64,000 nt of DNA from Takakia lepidozioides (GCA_030704615.1 CM060734.1:18166001-18230000); one strand, 5' to 3'; counted from the first letter of the stretch, positions 1 through 12,293 are shown. Notes: generated by a model from the letters alone, not told the origin. Translations and numbers: made by a program.

Positions 1-861
1 TGTCACACCACCGGGAAAAGACGGCGCCGTCTTGGATATTGCAATCCAATTTGCATTTTGCGGCGTTCCACAACGTGAACCCGGACAGTGCATTGAGTGC
101 CGAACCCGGGAAATATCCAACGCCGGATGAACGCGGACATTGCGTTCCTGACATTATGTATGTTTTCGTTTGAAGAAGGCAAAATCCGTGTATGATAGGG
201 CGATGGCATGCCTCATGTGCGCAATATTTCATCCAAATCAGAAAACATCCACATTTGAAAAACTCGGCCTTATTGATGGCATTAGGGGCGCCCAATAAGC
301 CGCAGCCAGTGAGATCGATCCATTTGGGGGGTTATAGGGTAGACACGCACGTCCTTAACCACATGCATAACTGACGGCTTTACAGGGTTCCTTACTTTCT
401 CGATTGTTTGTTAGTCAAGCTGGAGAGCTGCGGGAGTGAGAGAGAAGACATAGTAAGAAGACGTAGAAGGCAGTCCCTTTACTTCACGAGTGTGAGAGAG
501 AGGAAAAACGCGCGAGTCAGAATGAGAAAGTTGTGCAATCTGCAAAACGCTGATGAGCAGGTTGCACAGGATACGTCAACCCACGAATCACAACAGATCA
601 CAGAGCCGGTCCAGCCTGAAATGGAGGGAAGAATGGAAGGCGAGGAGACTGCCCTGGAGACCATTGTGCATGACATGGCATCGACACCACCACCGTCGGT
701 GAGAAAGAAGCGACACCAAAGAAAGCTGTGAGGACGCAGCAAGAAGAGACATCGGGAAGTGGTGTCATGAAACCCAGGGTAATCCTTCTCCCAAACTGCA
801 TGAATCTCGTTTGACTGTCGTACCAAGTGCATAGATACGATACGAGAGATCCCCTGAAAAC

Positions 862-1943
862 TGGGTGCGGCACCGCACTCAGTTTTGAGGGGAGCTCTAT
901 CACTTCCATTGTAGGCCGAGGTGAATAACTAAGTCTTAGAGATAGCAGGATCTGAAACGGAAGCCTGAGAGGGACACGGAGAAATTGAGTGCGGTGGCGC
1001 ACTCATTTCAACTGGATGCTTGCCGATCGCTTGGGCATTAGGGAAAGAGGAAGGTGATGTTCACAGTTTAGGTCCGTGAGACACTGGAGTGGTCACCCTG
1101 AACTGAGTGCGCCACCGCACTCAATTTCTGAGCTCCATGGAATCATTGAGTTGCTATTGACTGAGGTGAACAGTAGATAAAGTGTGATTATTCCATAGTG
1201 AGATCTCTTATGAGTTATGAGAATGACATTATGTCTAACCTGGAAACTGAGTGCGTTGGCGCACACAGTTCCGAGGTGTGATCGACAATGTTTTTGGACA
1301 GACGTGAAGAGCTCAATGAACTCAAAACAGAAGTAGGCAGACATAATGGATGGCTCCCAAACTGAGTGCGCCACCGCACTCAGTTTTGGATCACCATAGA
1401 ATGGTCAATTTGCAAATGACAGACGTGAAACGAAAGTTAGAAAGTGTGTTTCATTCAAAGTGAGATCTCTTTTGAGTTTTCAGATAGACAGAAACGATAA
1501 CCTTGAAACTGAGTGCGGTGGCGCACTCAGTTCAGAGGTGAGGTCGACCATCTTCATGGACAGAGGTAACGACCCAGGTGTGCTCACAAGAGAAAGCAGG
1601 ACAGAGTGGAGGGCTCCCAGAAATGAGTGCGCCAGCGCACTCAGTTTTTTGAGCACCTGTAGATGGTTGATTTGATGATGTCTAGAATGAAGATTCTGCC
1701 TCAGTTTCTGCCTGTAGAATGAAGTACACAATGTGGAAGAGGAAGTGACAAAGGAGCCATTGACTGAGTGCCTGCGATGAACATGATTTCTTAGATGTCA
1801 TGGAAGGTGTCCAAAAATGAGTGCGCCACCGCACTCAATTCCGGTTGACAAGAAAGGAGGGTTATGTGTGTAGTTTTGGAGAACTGATGTTTGTCTGTTC
1901 CGATCTTTTGTCAGTCTCGAAAGTGAGTGCGCCACCGCACTCA
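862..1943. repeat. Array of nine 20-bp palindromes TGAGTGCG-N4-CGCACTCA, 106-194 bp apart
   Basis: Copies start at 862, 986, 1104, 1248, 1363, 1510, 1624, 1818 and 1924. They sit in a diverged ~260-bp tandem duplication (1104-1362 vs 1363-1623) inside the predicted first intron. Confidence 0.95.
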
Positions 1944-3553
1944 ATTCTTGTAGGTGCCAGATCAGGAAAATGTAACTGTGGAATGACGGAAAGGCTGTAA
2001 TTGTGGGAGGTGCAGGGGAGGAAAAGAAAAGGATTGCAGCCTGAGAAGCAGCAGCAGCAGCAGCAGGAAGAAGTGACTGAGAAGCTTGTTGAAGAAGACG
2101 ATCCTTTCTACGAAGAAAGAGCGGCAAAGGTCCTTGTGTACCAGAAGGTCAATTCCGCGCGGGTGATCAAGTCTATGCTGGTACCTGGAGGCAAGATCAT
2201 GATCCCTCTCTGCCGCCTAATATCAATGCCAATCGTTCGACCTGCCTTGACCGGGGATGTGTCCAAGTTGGAGCAAGATTTTAGTCATGGATACATAGAG
2301 GGGTCTCCAGTGTTTTACGTCTCCTTGTGCGATGCCAGTGGACAGGAGGTCTTGGTGGACGAGTCAATTGTCAAAAGCTGGGATCCAATATGGCGAGAAG
2401 TAAACGAGGAGTTCGAAGCCCAGATTTTGAGGAGAATGTCCACACAGGTGTTCTCCGGGAAAATGTTTCATATTTGGGATGGCAATCACCGCTTCATGGC
2501 CTGGATGAACGTCATAAACAAATATCACAGCACAGACGAGGACTGGCACTACCTTGTGGCGTCCATGGTGCTGGATCCGAAAGGAAACGTCATGACACTT
2601 CTTACGGCTATGCATGACATCAACAAGTAAGTATAATGCTCACCCTTCATGCCAACATAATTCTCCGATTTGTTTTGTCAGTTTTGTATTTCCTGGTGCT
2701 GGAGAGAAAGGGAAAGTAGAGTACTATGCCAAAAAAGACCCAGGGGAGCGATCCTCAAAAGGAGTGGAAGAATCTATGAACAAGGAGATGGAGGTGGCGA
2801 AGAGGCACTACATGAGCGCGTTCGTGAAACAACTCAGAATAGCCGACCCTGCTTTTGGCCCAGAGTTCTTGAATCAGGTCAGGATCCACTGGAACGTGAA
2901 CACCAAGCCTGAAATGATGCAGGAGAAGCTTCATCGCCTGTCCACTGCCGTTGTGGAGCCAGAGGTGAAAGTGAAATGGATTGAGATTTGGAACGCCGAC
3001 CCCACAGTGAAAGATAACCACTGCTTTCCGAAGAGTGAGAAGAACAAGGAAATAGGAGTCATAAAGCAATTCAGTGACCATGTTCTCGATATGTGGCTGC
3101 ACAAAGCCACGTACTGGGCACAAGTTTTTTCCTCTCCCCTTTCCATTTCCACTGCAAATCTGCATTGCACCGGGAAAAGTCACTTACTCTTCTTCAACAT
3201 CTTTTCTCTGAATTGTAGAACTGTTCTTGCGCAGATAGAGGCTCGGGCACAGCTGGTTCTGGAGAAACAGCTGAACGATTACAAGATAACTATGACTCCA
3301 CCGACGGATACTCTAGAAGACTACGTCCGCCAGTGGAAAGCAGCTTGCTTCGGCACTTGCTTCTTCAGGGAATTCGCCAAAGAGGGAGGCATCTCGCGCA
3401 CTAACGACTTCGAGCAGCAGCATGGATCAGAACAAGTCATGAAGAGGGTTCTATACAGGTTCGTCTTGACACTCTTTTCCCACCCTTCTTTCTTTTCTCA
3501 CGAAGTTTCGATTTCGTTGCAGCCTTGCTCTTTTGAATAAACAGTCCCAAAAC

Positions 3554-3713
3554 TGTGTGCGCTGACGCACTCAGTAAAGAGGTGGGCACTTCTGTGTCTC
3601 CCAAGCTCTCATTGTACATATGAATATCCGATCCTGTATTGAGCCACACCTGCCCTGGCTTGTAAGTAGGGCCTGATTGGACAGACCAAAAATTGAGTGC
3701 GCTGGCGCACTCA
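3554..3713. repeat. Two further copies of the palindrome, in predicted intron 3460-3785
   Basis: TGTGTGCG-CTGA-CGCACTCA at 3554 and TGAGTGCG-CTGG-CGCACTCA at 3694. Confidence 0.9.
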
Positions 3714-4878
3714 GTCAAGGGGTCCTTAAACAATTATCTCACACTTTCCCCACTCACTAATATTCCCTCTGTTTTGATTGTGTAGGTACATCAAAAACGT
3801 TCTCATTCCAGGCCAGAATCTGAGTTGACACCCGCACTTTATTTATCTATGGTGTGATCCATCCAACGCTCAGACAATGTACATTGCAGGGATTTTGAAG
3901 GATTACGGGACCTCGCATCCTCGAGACTGCTGCTGGTATATGGATATCCCACGGTCTGGATGCCCTTGGTCTGAGCTTGTGACCCGAAATCAAAACGACA
4001 ATGCAGAGGCCTTGGCCCCTCTGACGGACAATGAGTTGCACGAGAGAAACTTGAGGATATTGGCTGAGAAAGAGCCTCTTGCACAAAATACGCCAGTCAA
4101 GCCTAGAAAAGACAGGGGGAAAGGGAAGGTAAAGGGGCAGAAAAACACTCCGAATGAGAATAAGATGGAGTCCGTGGTGCAACCGGGGCCATTGCAGACC
4201 CCACCCCCAGCCAGAAAGCCTGACCGAAAGAAAAAGGGTCTTAAAGAGCCCTACGATGCAATGGAGCACCCATCTAGAATCATTTTTCCGGGCATGTGCG
4301 AGCTGGTAAACGACAGGTTCATGGCCATGATGGAGACAAGGAAGTCAAGTTACAGTGGTGATCCTTCCAAAACGTGGGACAAGCTCTGTGCTTTTCTCCA
4401 ATCGGTAAGCAATTATCATGCATGTGTTTGAGTTTTGTTTTCTTTGTTTTATTTTTGCTCGGATCAGAAAGGTCGCTTATAAAACATCTTTCCCTTCTTA
4501 CACACTATATTGTGGACATTCCGGATGGGCATCCAGTCCCAGATATTCTGCCCAGTGACACCTGCCCAACATGGAACAAATTTGACGAGAGGTATTGGAG
4601 TTGGGTGTTTTCCTTTTGCAAGTTTTTCCTTTCCGATGCAGGGGTTCTTGTTATCATACAATCTGTCACGATGAGATGTCGCCAAGAGCTGGCAAGCTAC
4701 TTCAAAGCGTCGGGGATGCGGATTATCAAGACCTGGAATTGTGTCAACAGCCTATATCTGACGAAGGGGGATTGCCCAAGGCAGAAGGTACGTTTCAAAT
4801 ACTTTATTTTTATGCCTTCTCTGTTGAAGTTCCACTGTACTGACTGTTATGAAGTCATGTTGTTCGCACTGCCTGAAT

Positions 4879-4898
4879 TGAGTGCTTCAGCGCACTCA
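4879..4898. repeat. Twelfth palindrome copy, in the predicted intron after the MTase motif-IV exon
   Basis: TGAGTGCT-TCAG-CGCACTCA. Confidence 0.85.
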
Positions 4899-7069
4899 GT
4901 TTTGGCGGTGCATGAGCAATGACTCTGAACCCGTTCCATCCGGAATGGGTCTGCACTCCCACCCAGATGTGCTATGAAACATTTCTCACTAATTATTGAC
5001 CCTTTCATCGCAGACCCGTCTATTTTGAGGCCGTCTGTCTCGTGAGGGTGCATCCACTGTCGACTCCCACCATAGTGGTTGAGTTCGAGCTTCATGGGGG
5101 AGGATGTTTCATAAACGAGAGGTTCGATCTTGTCGTCGATGACATGCACTACAACTATGTGGACTCCAACGTATGTTTGCGAAAGCCAAATGGAACGCCT
5201 TAGAGAGAGGCCCGTGAAAAAAGCACGGCTTTTATCCAAACGATCATTGAGAGTTGTTCTCGGCCAGGGGCCCGCATCATAGATCTCACTCTCGGCACAG
5301 GTTTCTTCTTGCCTTTGTCATCGATTTCTTTTCTTCTGCACGTCCTTTACTCAATATTCTAAAACTCTAATTCCATCATTCTGTCTCTTGCAGGCGCTTC
5401 TTACCATGCTTGCAAGGCAGGTGGCAGACACTTGTTTGGTATGGAAGGAGATGCAGATATTTTCACTGGCCTACTCGCCGAGTTGCAAGGGGGCTCGTCT
5501 ACCTCCAGTGTGAAGGAAGTCACTGCGCAAATTGATATCCTCGACGGAGACGACAAGGACCCGGACAATGACTTTTCATGTAAGTAAGTTCATTTTCTGT
5601 CTATTTCATCCCTGTGTATATTCTCTGTCGCGTCCCCTTCTGTTGTCTGATTATTACCCAAATGGTGCATTTCTGATTGCAGGAATGTCAATGCAATCCC
5701 GTTGCCCCTGTCTTCCATATACTTGAGGGACTTGTGCTGGAGCCCACCTCCTATTTATGTCATTCCCGACTACGCGGAAGGCATTGCTCGTGTGCATGCA
5801 GCTGTGCTTTCTCCCCCACCCTTGCGTTGGAGTTCCAGGAAGACGCTCAGGCACCTCCGCGCAAAGGTCTTCATAGATGATAGTGCCGCAGTTCAGTTGG
5901 TGGTAGCAGTACTCCTAGCAGTTTAGCAGATTCAGGTGGTAGCATTAGCAGTGTTGACACCACCTACGGATGTACTTGAGGGCATTCATTTATGGAACAT
6001 GAGGGGACACACTCTCCGTTTTCCATCGCACCACCATTTCTCTTCCCACCATCCATTGTAATGAGCACAGACTACAATGAAATTCACATCCCGTCATTGA
6101 AACATTCTCTCCCCCGCGTCCTGCGAATTTGAAAGTGTTTTCCTTCTAAACATTGCTCTCCAATTCAACCGTGTGCATTCAATAAAAGTTTTTCAACAGA
6201 GATGAATATGTGCATAGTCCAGTAGACAGTCATTCGACATATGCCATCACACCAATATTTGGTTGGATGGATGGAGGATAAATGTTTTTGGATGGATGAA
6301 GCCAGATTGGATGTGATCTGTGGATGAATGTTGCATGCATGGATGGTCCCATGGATGATGTCAGTGCGCAGTATCATGCACAGGGGCGGGATGGCGAGGT
6401 TCACTGTCGGGGTTGAGGTGGGTCCCTACGGCTGACAAGGGTTGGGGTTTCTGTTTGGGGTTGCAGGGTAAATATGGATGAAGACGTGTTTCTGCGGTAA
6501 TGGGTCCTCTTCCACAGAAATAGACGCCGCATCTTTCCCAAAATCATGCCACGTGTCCTGGGCTCACGCCAGGCTCCTGGGTTCACATTCTAGCGTCCCC
6601 CGCCTCTCCGCCGGCAGCAGCCGCTAGTGTGGTAGGCAGAGCAGCACGCTGCCCTCCCTTAAACGAATAGGAGGGTCCAAAATTGAGTGTCGTTGCCCCT
6701 CTTGCCGCTAGTGTGGTATCGCCCTCACAGTTGGTGCTCTGTGCTTGGCCACTGCTCCTCGTCTTGCCTCGTTTCAGCTGTCAGTCTATGCATCTTTCCT
6801 CCTCTTCTATTGTCATCTATCTGATCCCTCCCCTTGGAAAGGGTGTTTTGTCCTTCACCATTCATTGCGACCTTTCTTCCCGCCTCTCCCAATTCCCTTC
6901 CCTTTTTTCGGGTCTTGCTACCCTATTCCACACTCTCGGAATCTAATCTCTATGAGTCAGTTATACCTCCACGCCCCTGACTCTCCGTTCTTTGATGACA
7001 TTTGTTTGCGCCGCCCTCGCTTTCACTGTCTATCACCCTATCTATTGTTCTGCTGTTCTCCTCGGTCAT

Positions 7070-7189
7070 GGCGTCCAGGGAAGCTACGCCATGAGCCTGC
7101 TCACGTAAACCTATGAGCTCAGGCTCACGATTGACCCACTAAGCGTGAGCTTGGGCGTCACGCTTAGTGGTCGTCAGCGCAGAGTGGTG
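7070..7189. mobile_element. Putative right terminus of the DNA transposon carrying the ParB-MTase gene
   Basis: Clustered (G)TGAGC/GCTCAC motifs and a perfect 13-bp stem (7136-7148 / 7158-7170). The reverse complement (CACCACTC...GCGTGACGCCCAAGC) resembles the terminus at 60572 (CACCTCTC...GCGTGAGCCCAGC). Confidence 0.45.
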
Positions 7190-8032
7190 CGGTATTATAA
7201 AGAGGGCCTATACCCGAGGACAAAGGCAGATCTATTCCCGCGAGAATACCACCAGCACCATTTGAAAAACTTGAATCGTATCGGTGCATTCATTATGTGC
7301 CTGTAATCAGGTGTGAGGACTTATGTGGGCGTTGACGACCACATAATTTCTAGACCTCACAAAGCTATGTTATGTTATGATATGTTTTTACTTTTCTCCC
7401 GAAATAATTGTCATTGGAGGACTTGCGGGAGGTCCACAAATTATGTGGGCTTCAATAACTGAGTCTTCTAGTCTAGCCAAGGATCCATTAAAGTACCCAG
7501 GCATATACAAGAGACTGTATTACAGGAGAGAGTTATGGGTATAACCTCATGAAAGACATGGGTCATGAGTGATGAAAGGGAAGAAGAAAGAAGAGAGGTA
7601 TGTAGCAAAAAGAGAAAGTTATTTAAAAGCTAACCATCCACATTTCTGGGAAAGATGAATAGACATAGGAGAATCATCTGGACCTCTTAATCCACCAAAA
7701 CCAATGGGTACATCACCATTGTTTGAAGATCCTAATTCCGGTGCCACACCTTCTTATTCTTTCAAGAAAGATTAAGGGAGTTGGTGCAGGAAGAAGGTAA
7801 ACCACAGGAGGAAAAACTGGAGGTGCACCCCTGGATCAAGGATTTGGGAGAAATCTTTGACCAGAGTTGGCATGGTACACCAAGGGCAGGAACTCCAGTT
7901 TATGATACACCAGCCAACGAAGGAGAGGAGGATGAGGACGAGCCTGCTGAGAGTACAGACTCTCCAACGACGTCTCATTTAAGTTATGTTAGTGAGGAAG
8001 AAAGAAACCAAGTCAAAGACTTCCAGAAGATG

Positions 8033-9230
8033 TCCTGCAATGCGTGCACGGCTATTGCACCCATTGAACGGTTGTGGTTGAAGCCCCTCTTTTGCCCGCA
8101 CGTGCTCGAACACGTGTGCGACACATGTGCGGAGACACAACAGACGAATAAATCATTTGCCTCCCCATCGACGCACTCCCCCCTCAAGCCATTCCACATT
8201 TTTAATCGAATTTCAATTTATTTTAAGCCAATAAACAGGTTTGCACTGCCTTTCAGTGGGGGTTTCTGGCACGTATCGATTTTGTTTTTGGCTCAATTTT
8301 GTTCTGCGGCTTCCAGCATCCCACGGCTACTCCCCCGCCAAAATTTGGACCAATCAAAAATGCCCCCCCAAAAAAGGTGTTCTCTTTCGCTCACTATTGC
8401 AGAACTCTCTATGAAGAGTGCATGAAGTAGAACGCCAAATCAAGTTTGGAGTGCAAAACAGGGAAGAAACTGTGGTTTTGGGTCCAAATGAATTTTGATC
8501 GCTCCCAAATTTGGCACGCACATGGCTACATTACACGCCCCATTCAAAAACGGAATGAAAAACAAATCGTGAGCACGCGAAACACAGTCCAACAGGTCCC
8601 AAAGCAATAGCAGCTCCAACAAATACATTCAACGGGTGAACGGATGGTTGCCCATCCAAATCATTTTTGTTAGCTTCCAAACTTTGCCAGCACGTTCCAG
8701 ACACCCTCTCACAGGTCCCGGACTAATATCAGATCAATCAATCGAAAATTCATTCGATGGCTCAACGGATGGTTGGCCATCGAAATGATTTTGGCTCGCT
8801 TTGAGACTTGGCCACTATGTTCAATGTGCCATGCAAGAGGCCCCAGAGTAATATGAGATCAATCGAAATTCGTTCAATGGGCCAACGGATGGTTGCCCAT
8901 CCAAATGATTTTTCGTTCGCTTTCAAACCTTGGCCAGTGTGTTCAATGTACACCCTCTGATACGTCCCAGTGTAATACGAGATCAATCGAAAATCGTTCC
9001 ATTGTCCAATGAGGCGTTCACTTGTCATCTGGTTTTTGTTCGATGCGAAAAAGAAATCCTGCAATGCGTGCACGGCTATTGCACCCATTGAACGGTTGTG
9101 GTTGAAGCCCCTCTTTTGCCCGCACGTGCTCGAACACGTGTGCGACACATGTGCGGAGACACAACAGACGAATAAATCATTTGCCTCCCCATCGACGCGC
9201 TCCCCCCTCAAGCCATTCCACATTTTTAAT
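8033..9230 (+). repeat. 174-bp direct repeat (8033-8206, 9057-9230) enclosing three ~120-bp tandem subunits (~8639-9004)
   Basis: Near-identical copies 1024 bp apart. Internal units begin AACGGATGGTTG(C/G)CCATC. Confidence 0.9.
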
Positions 9231-9231
9231 T

Positions 9232-12200
9232 GATCCATTGATCACTGTTCATGGCTGGAAATGTCTGTTTGTCTTAAAGAAGCCATTTATGATCATAGAA
9301 GGTGTTACCAGATAAATTCTTTAAAGCCATCAGCTTGTCATATCATTGCTCCATTGTCACATCAGTATGCCATAGGGAACAAGAGATAGTCGCCCTAATG
9401 ATTGTCATAAAGTAACAATCGGGAAATCTTATATCAAACCTTTTAGTGTTTACCCACCCCTTGTTTTGGGTAAAACATGTGTACAAAACCAAAGGGGGCA
9501 GGTGTTGGGACTTAGGTGATGAAGTCTGGCAGGGGTTTGCCACCTGGTTATATTCAGACAAAACATCTACCAGCAGCATATCATAATTGGGTATTTTTTT
9601 ATGGTGCTATAAAGAGCAAAGCCATAACCAGGAGAAACATAGAAACATTTGAGCCAAAGAAATGGAACTCGTTCTTATCGTAAGGTATCTAAATCTGACA
9701 TAAGGCATCGGCTACAGGGGACCGGCAAACAAGAGTAATGTGCATTGACCGGATCATGTATTAGGTGTACACGTCTACTCCAGCAAGCTGTCTTACCGAG
9801 GCCTAGCTCAAAATTTCAGCATTCATAAGCCCTATAGATGTTCTATGCTTATCTCAGGTACCTTCAAGGATGCCTTACTCTCCATGCCCAATTAGCCAAC
9901 ATATTTTTGCTGGAGAAGATCTTACCTTATGAAGGACTTGCTTGCTCCACACCGTGGTCATGGCGGGAGAGGAGGCTGATATCTCATGGCTTTGGCCTTC
10001 CCATTGCCTGGGGGGTTCATCACTTCAATCGGGAACATATTTGATAACCTTTTGTCATGCTCAGACCAAGGTGTTAGTAAATCAAACATAAAACTGAAAA
10101 ACTGAAGGGAGATTGGTTGATAATGTGTACAAGAACCACCAAGTACACTGGTCTAAATCAGAGAGGGAAGATACTTATGTCTCGTCGAGACATGGACAAA
10201 GACCTGACAAGGTCATTGTAAAATGAACGACAAATCGGCCTCATTATCAACCATTCTTCATTCACAAGTCAGCTTTATGACAAATCCCAGACTTCAAAGT
10301 CAACGAAGTCTCTGGGTGGGAAAAATTAGAGACTCGATTACCACTGTTCATAGCAGGAAACCGTTGTTCAGCATGCTAAAAAGTGCCATTCATGACATGC
10401 CATGTCATTCAGTCTGTATTTTTTGGTCAGCTTACATACCAAGGCATAACCAACCATCCTAATTTATCGTTGGCCCAAAAACTAGTATAGTTTTGGGTTC
10501 TTTGTATCATGGGACATACCAAAGTGACTGAGCAGTAAGTATCCATGTCCAAATAAAGATCCATTGATCACTGTTCATGGCTGGAAATGTCTGTTCGTCT
10601 TAAAGAAGCCATTTATGATCATAGAAGGCTTAAGAACAAAATAAGAGCATTTCTTTACATAAAGAACATCACCAAAGCAGGGTTAAGGACTGATATTTGG
10701 CAGCTTATACAACAGGGGGTAATCAGCTGCCCTATTTTGCACATCAAGTCACTTATTGACACCATGTTTTTTGCCCCCTGATCTGTTTTAGATCTGGGGC
10801 TGGTGTGTAATTTCAATGACAGGGTAGAGTAATATTCCCACCTCTTATTCCATGCCCCAAGACCAAGTTCTATGTCTGGGGTAGGGAAATCATTACCATA
10901 ACAGGCTGTAATCAGATTTACATGCCATGCAATCATCCATAGGAAACACAAAGAATCTGAATTGCTCATCCCATCAGGCCTGCAGGTTACTTTGGTATTA
11001 TTTATCCTAAAGCGACTTGAATACAATGCCTGAATCATTCTCTTCGCATCTACCAATGTCTTACCGTTTTGGAAAATAGGTAAACATTCAAGGGCATATA
11101 ACCAAGGACCAGGTTTGGCCACAAAAGATCCATCCATATCAGTTTGGCATGGTATCAAGTGTCCTAGAGTAACCGGCTTCTAAAAGAGGCTAAGTTTCCA
11201 ATGCTTGTACATTCAAGAACACTGTCTGGTCATGAAAACAGGTCTGCCCTACATTGTAGCATGTTACCAGATAAATTCTTTAAAGCCATCAGCTTGTCAT
11301 ATCATTGCTCCATTGTCACATCGGTATGCCATAGGGAACAAGAGATAGTCGCCCTAATGATTGTCATAAAGTAACAATCGGGAAATCTTATATCAAACCT
11401 TTTAGTGTTTACCCACCCCTTGTTTTGGGTAAAACATGTGTACAAAACCAAAGGGGGCAGGTGTTGGGACTTAGGTGATGAAGTCTAGCAGGGGTTTGCC
11501 ACCTGGTTATATTCAGACAAAACATCTACCAGCAGCATATCATAATTGGGTATTTTTTTATGGTGCTATAACAAAGCCATAACCAGGAGAAACATAGAAA
11601 CATTGAGCCAAAGAAATGGAACTCATTCTTATCGTAAGGTATCTAAATGTGACATAAGGCATCGGCTACAGGGGACCGGCAAACAAGAGTAATATGCATT
11701 GACCGGATCATGTATTAGGTGTACACGTCTACTCCAGCAAGCTGTCTTACCGAGGCCTAGCTCAAAATTTCAGCATTCATAAGCCCTATAGATGTTCTAT
11801 GCTTATCTCAGGTACCTTCAAGGATGCCTTACTCTCCATGCCCAATTAGCCAACATATTTTTGCTGGAGAAGATCTTACCTTATGAAGGACTTGCTTGCT
11901 CCACACCGTGGTCATGGCGGGAGAGGAGGCTGATATCTCATGGCTTTGGCCTTCCCATTGCCTTGGGTTCATCACTTCAATCGGGAACATATTTGATAAC
12001 CTTTTGTCATGCTCAGACCAAGGTGTTAGTAAATCAAACATAAAACTGAAAAACTGAAGGGAGATTGGTTGATAATGTGTACAAGAACCACCAAGTACAC
12101 TGGTCTAAATCAGAGAGGGAAGATACTTATGTCTCGTCGAGACATGGACAAAGACCTGACAAGGTCATTGTAAAATGAACGACAAATCGGCCTCATTATC

Positions 12201-12293
12201 AACCATTCTTCATTCACAAGTCAGGTTTATGACAAATCCCAGACTTCAAAGTCAACGAAGTCTCTGGGTGGGGGGGGGGGGGAGAAATTAGAG
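9232..12293 (+). repeat. Recent tandem segmental duplication
   Basis: 9232-9302 matches 10558-10628, and 9303-~10333 matches 11261-~12293, nearly identical. The first copy lacks the ~630 bp corresponding to 10629-11260. Confidence 0.9.

Larger units (their letters stand above)
522..5587 (+). pseudogene. Spliced ParB/Srx-like domain + beta-class DNA N4C/N6A methyltransferase fusion gene (this copy probably disrupted)
   Basis: ORF 2001-2630 has PIVRP...FHIWDGNHRFMAW (ParB/Srx GxxR motif). Exon ~4468-4786 has HYIVDIPDG at the DPPY/SPPY motif IV position. Exon 5204-5300 spliced to 5394 onward (GT 5301, AG 5393) reads REKSTAFIQTIIESCSRPGARIIDLTLGT-GASYHACKAGGRHLFGMEGD, matching the PF01555 motif X/I/II pattern KP..L....I...S.PGD.VLDPF.GSG...A....GR..IG.E. 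In-frame TAG at 5201. The 5' exon (522-778) is tentative. Confidence 0.75.

Noticed and set aside
862-1943. CRISPR array (regularly spaced palindromic repeats)
   Set aside because: Spacers are ~85-175 bp, uneven and homologous to each other. Repeat orientation alternates, there are no cas genes, and the context is spliceosomal and eukaryotic.
522-5587. Bacterial or phage contamination as the source of the ParB-MTase
   Set aside because: The gene is split by several GT-AG introns, one inside the SAM-binding motif, and is contiguous with plant TEs and genes.
7640-8030. Retrotransposon gag 5' region
   Set aside because: Acidic low-complexity frame only; no LTR, PBS or gag motif could be identified.
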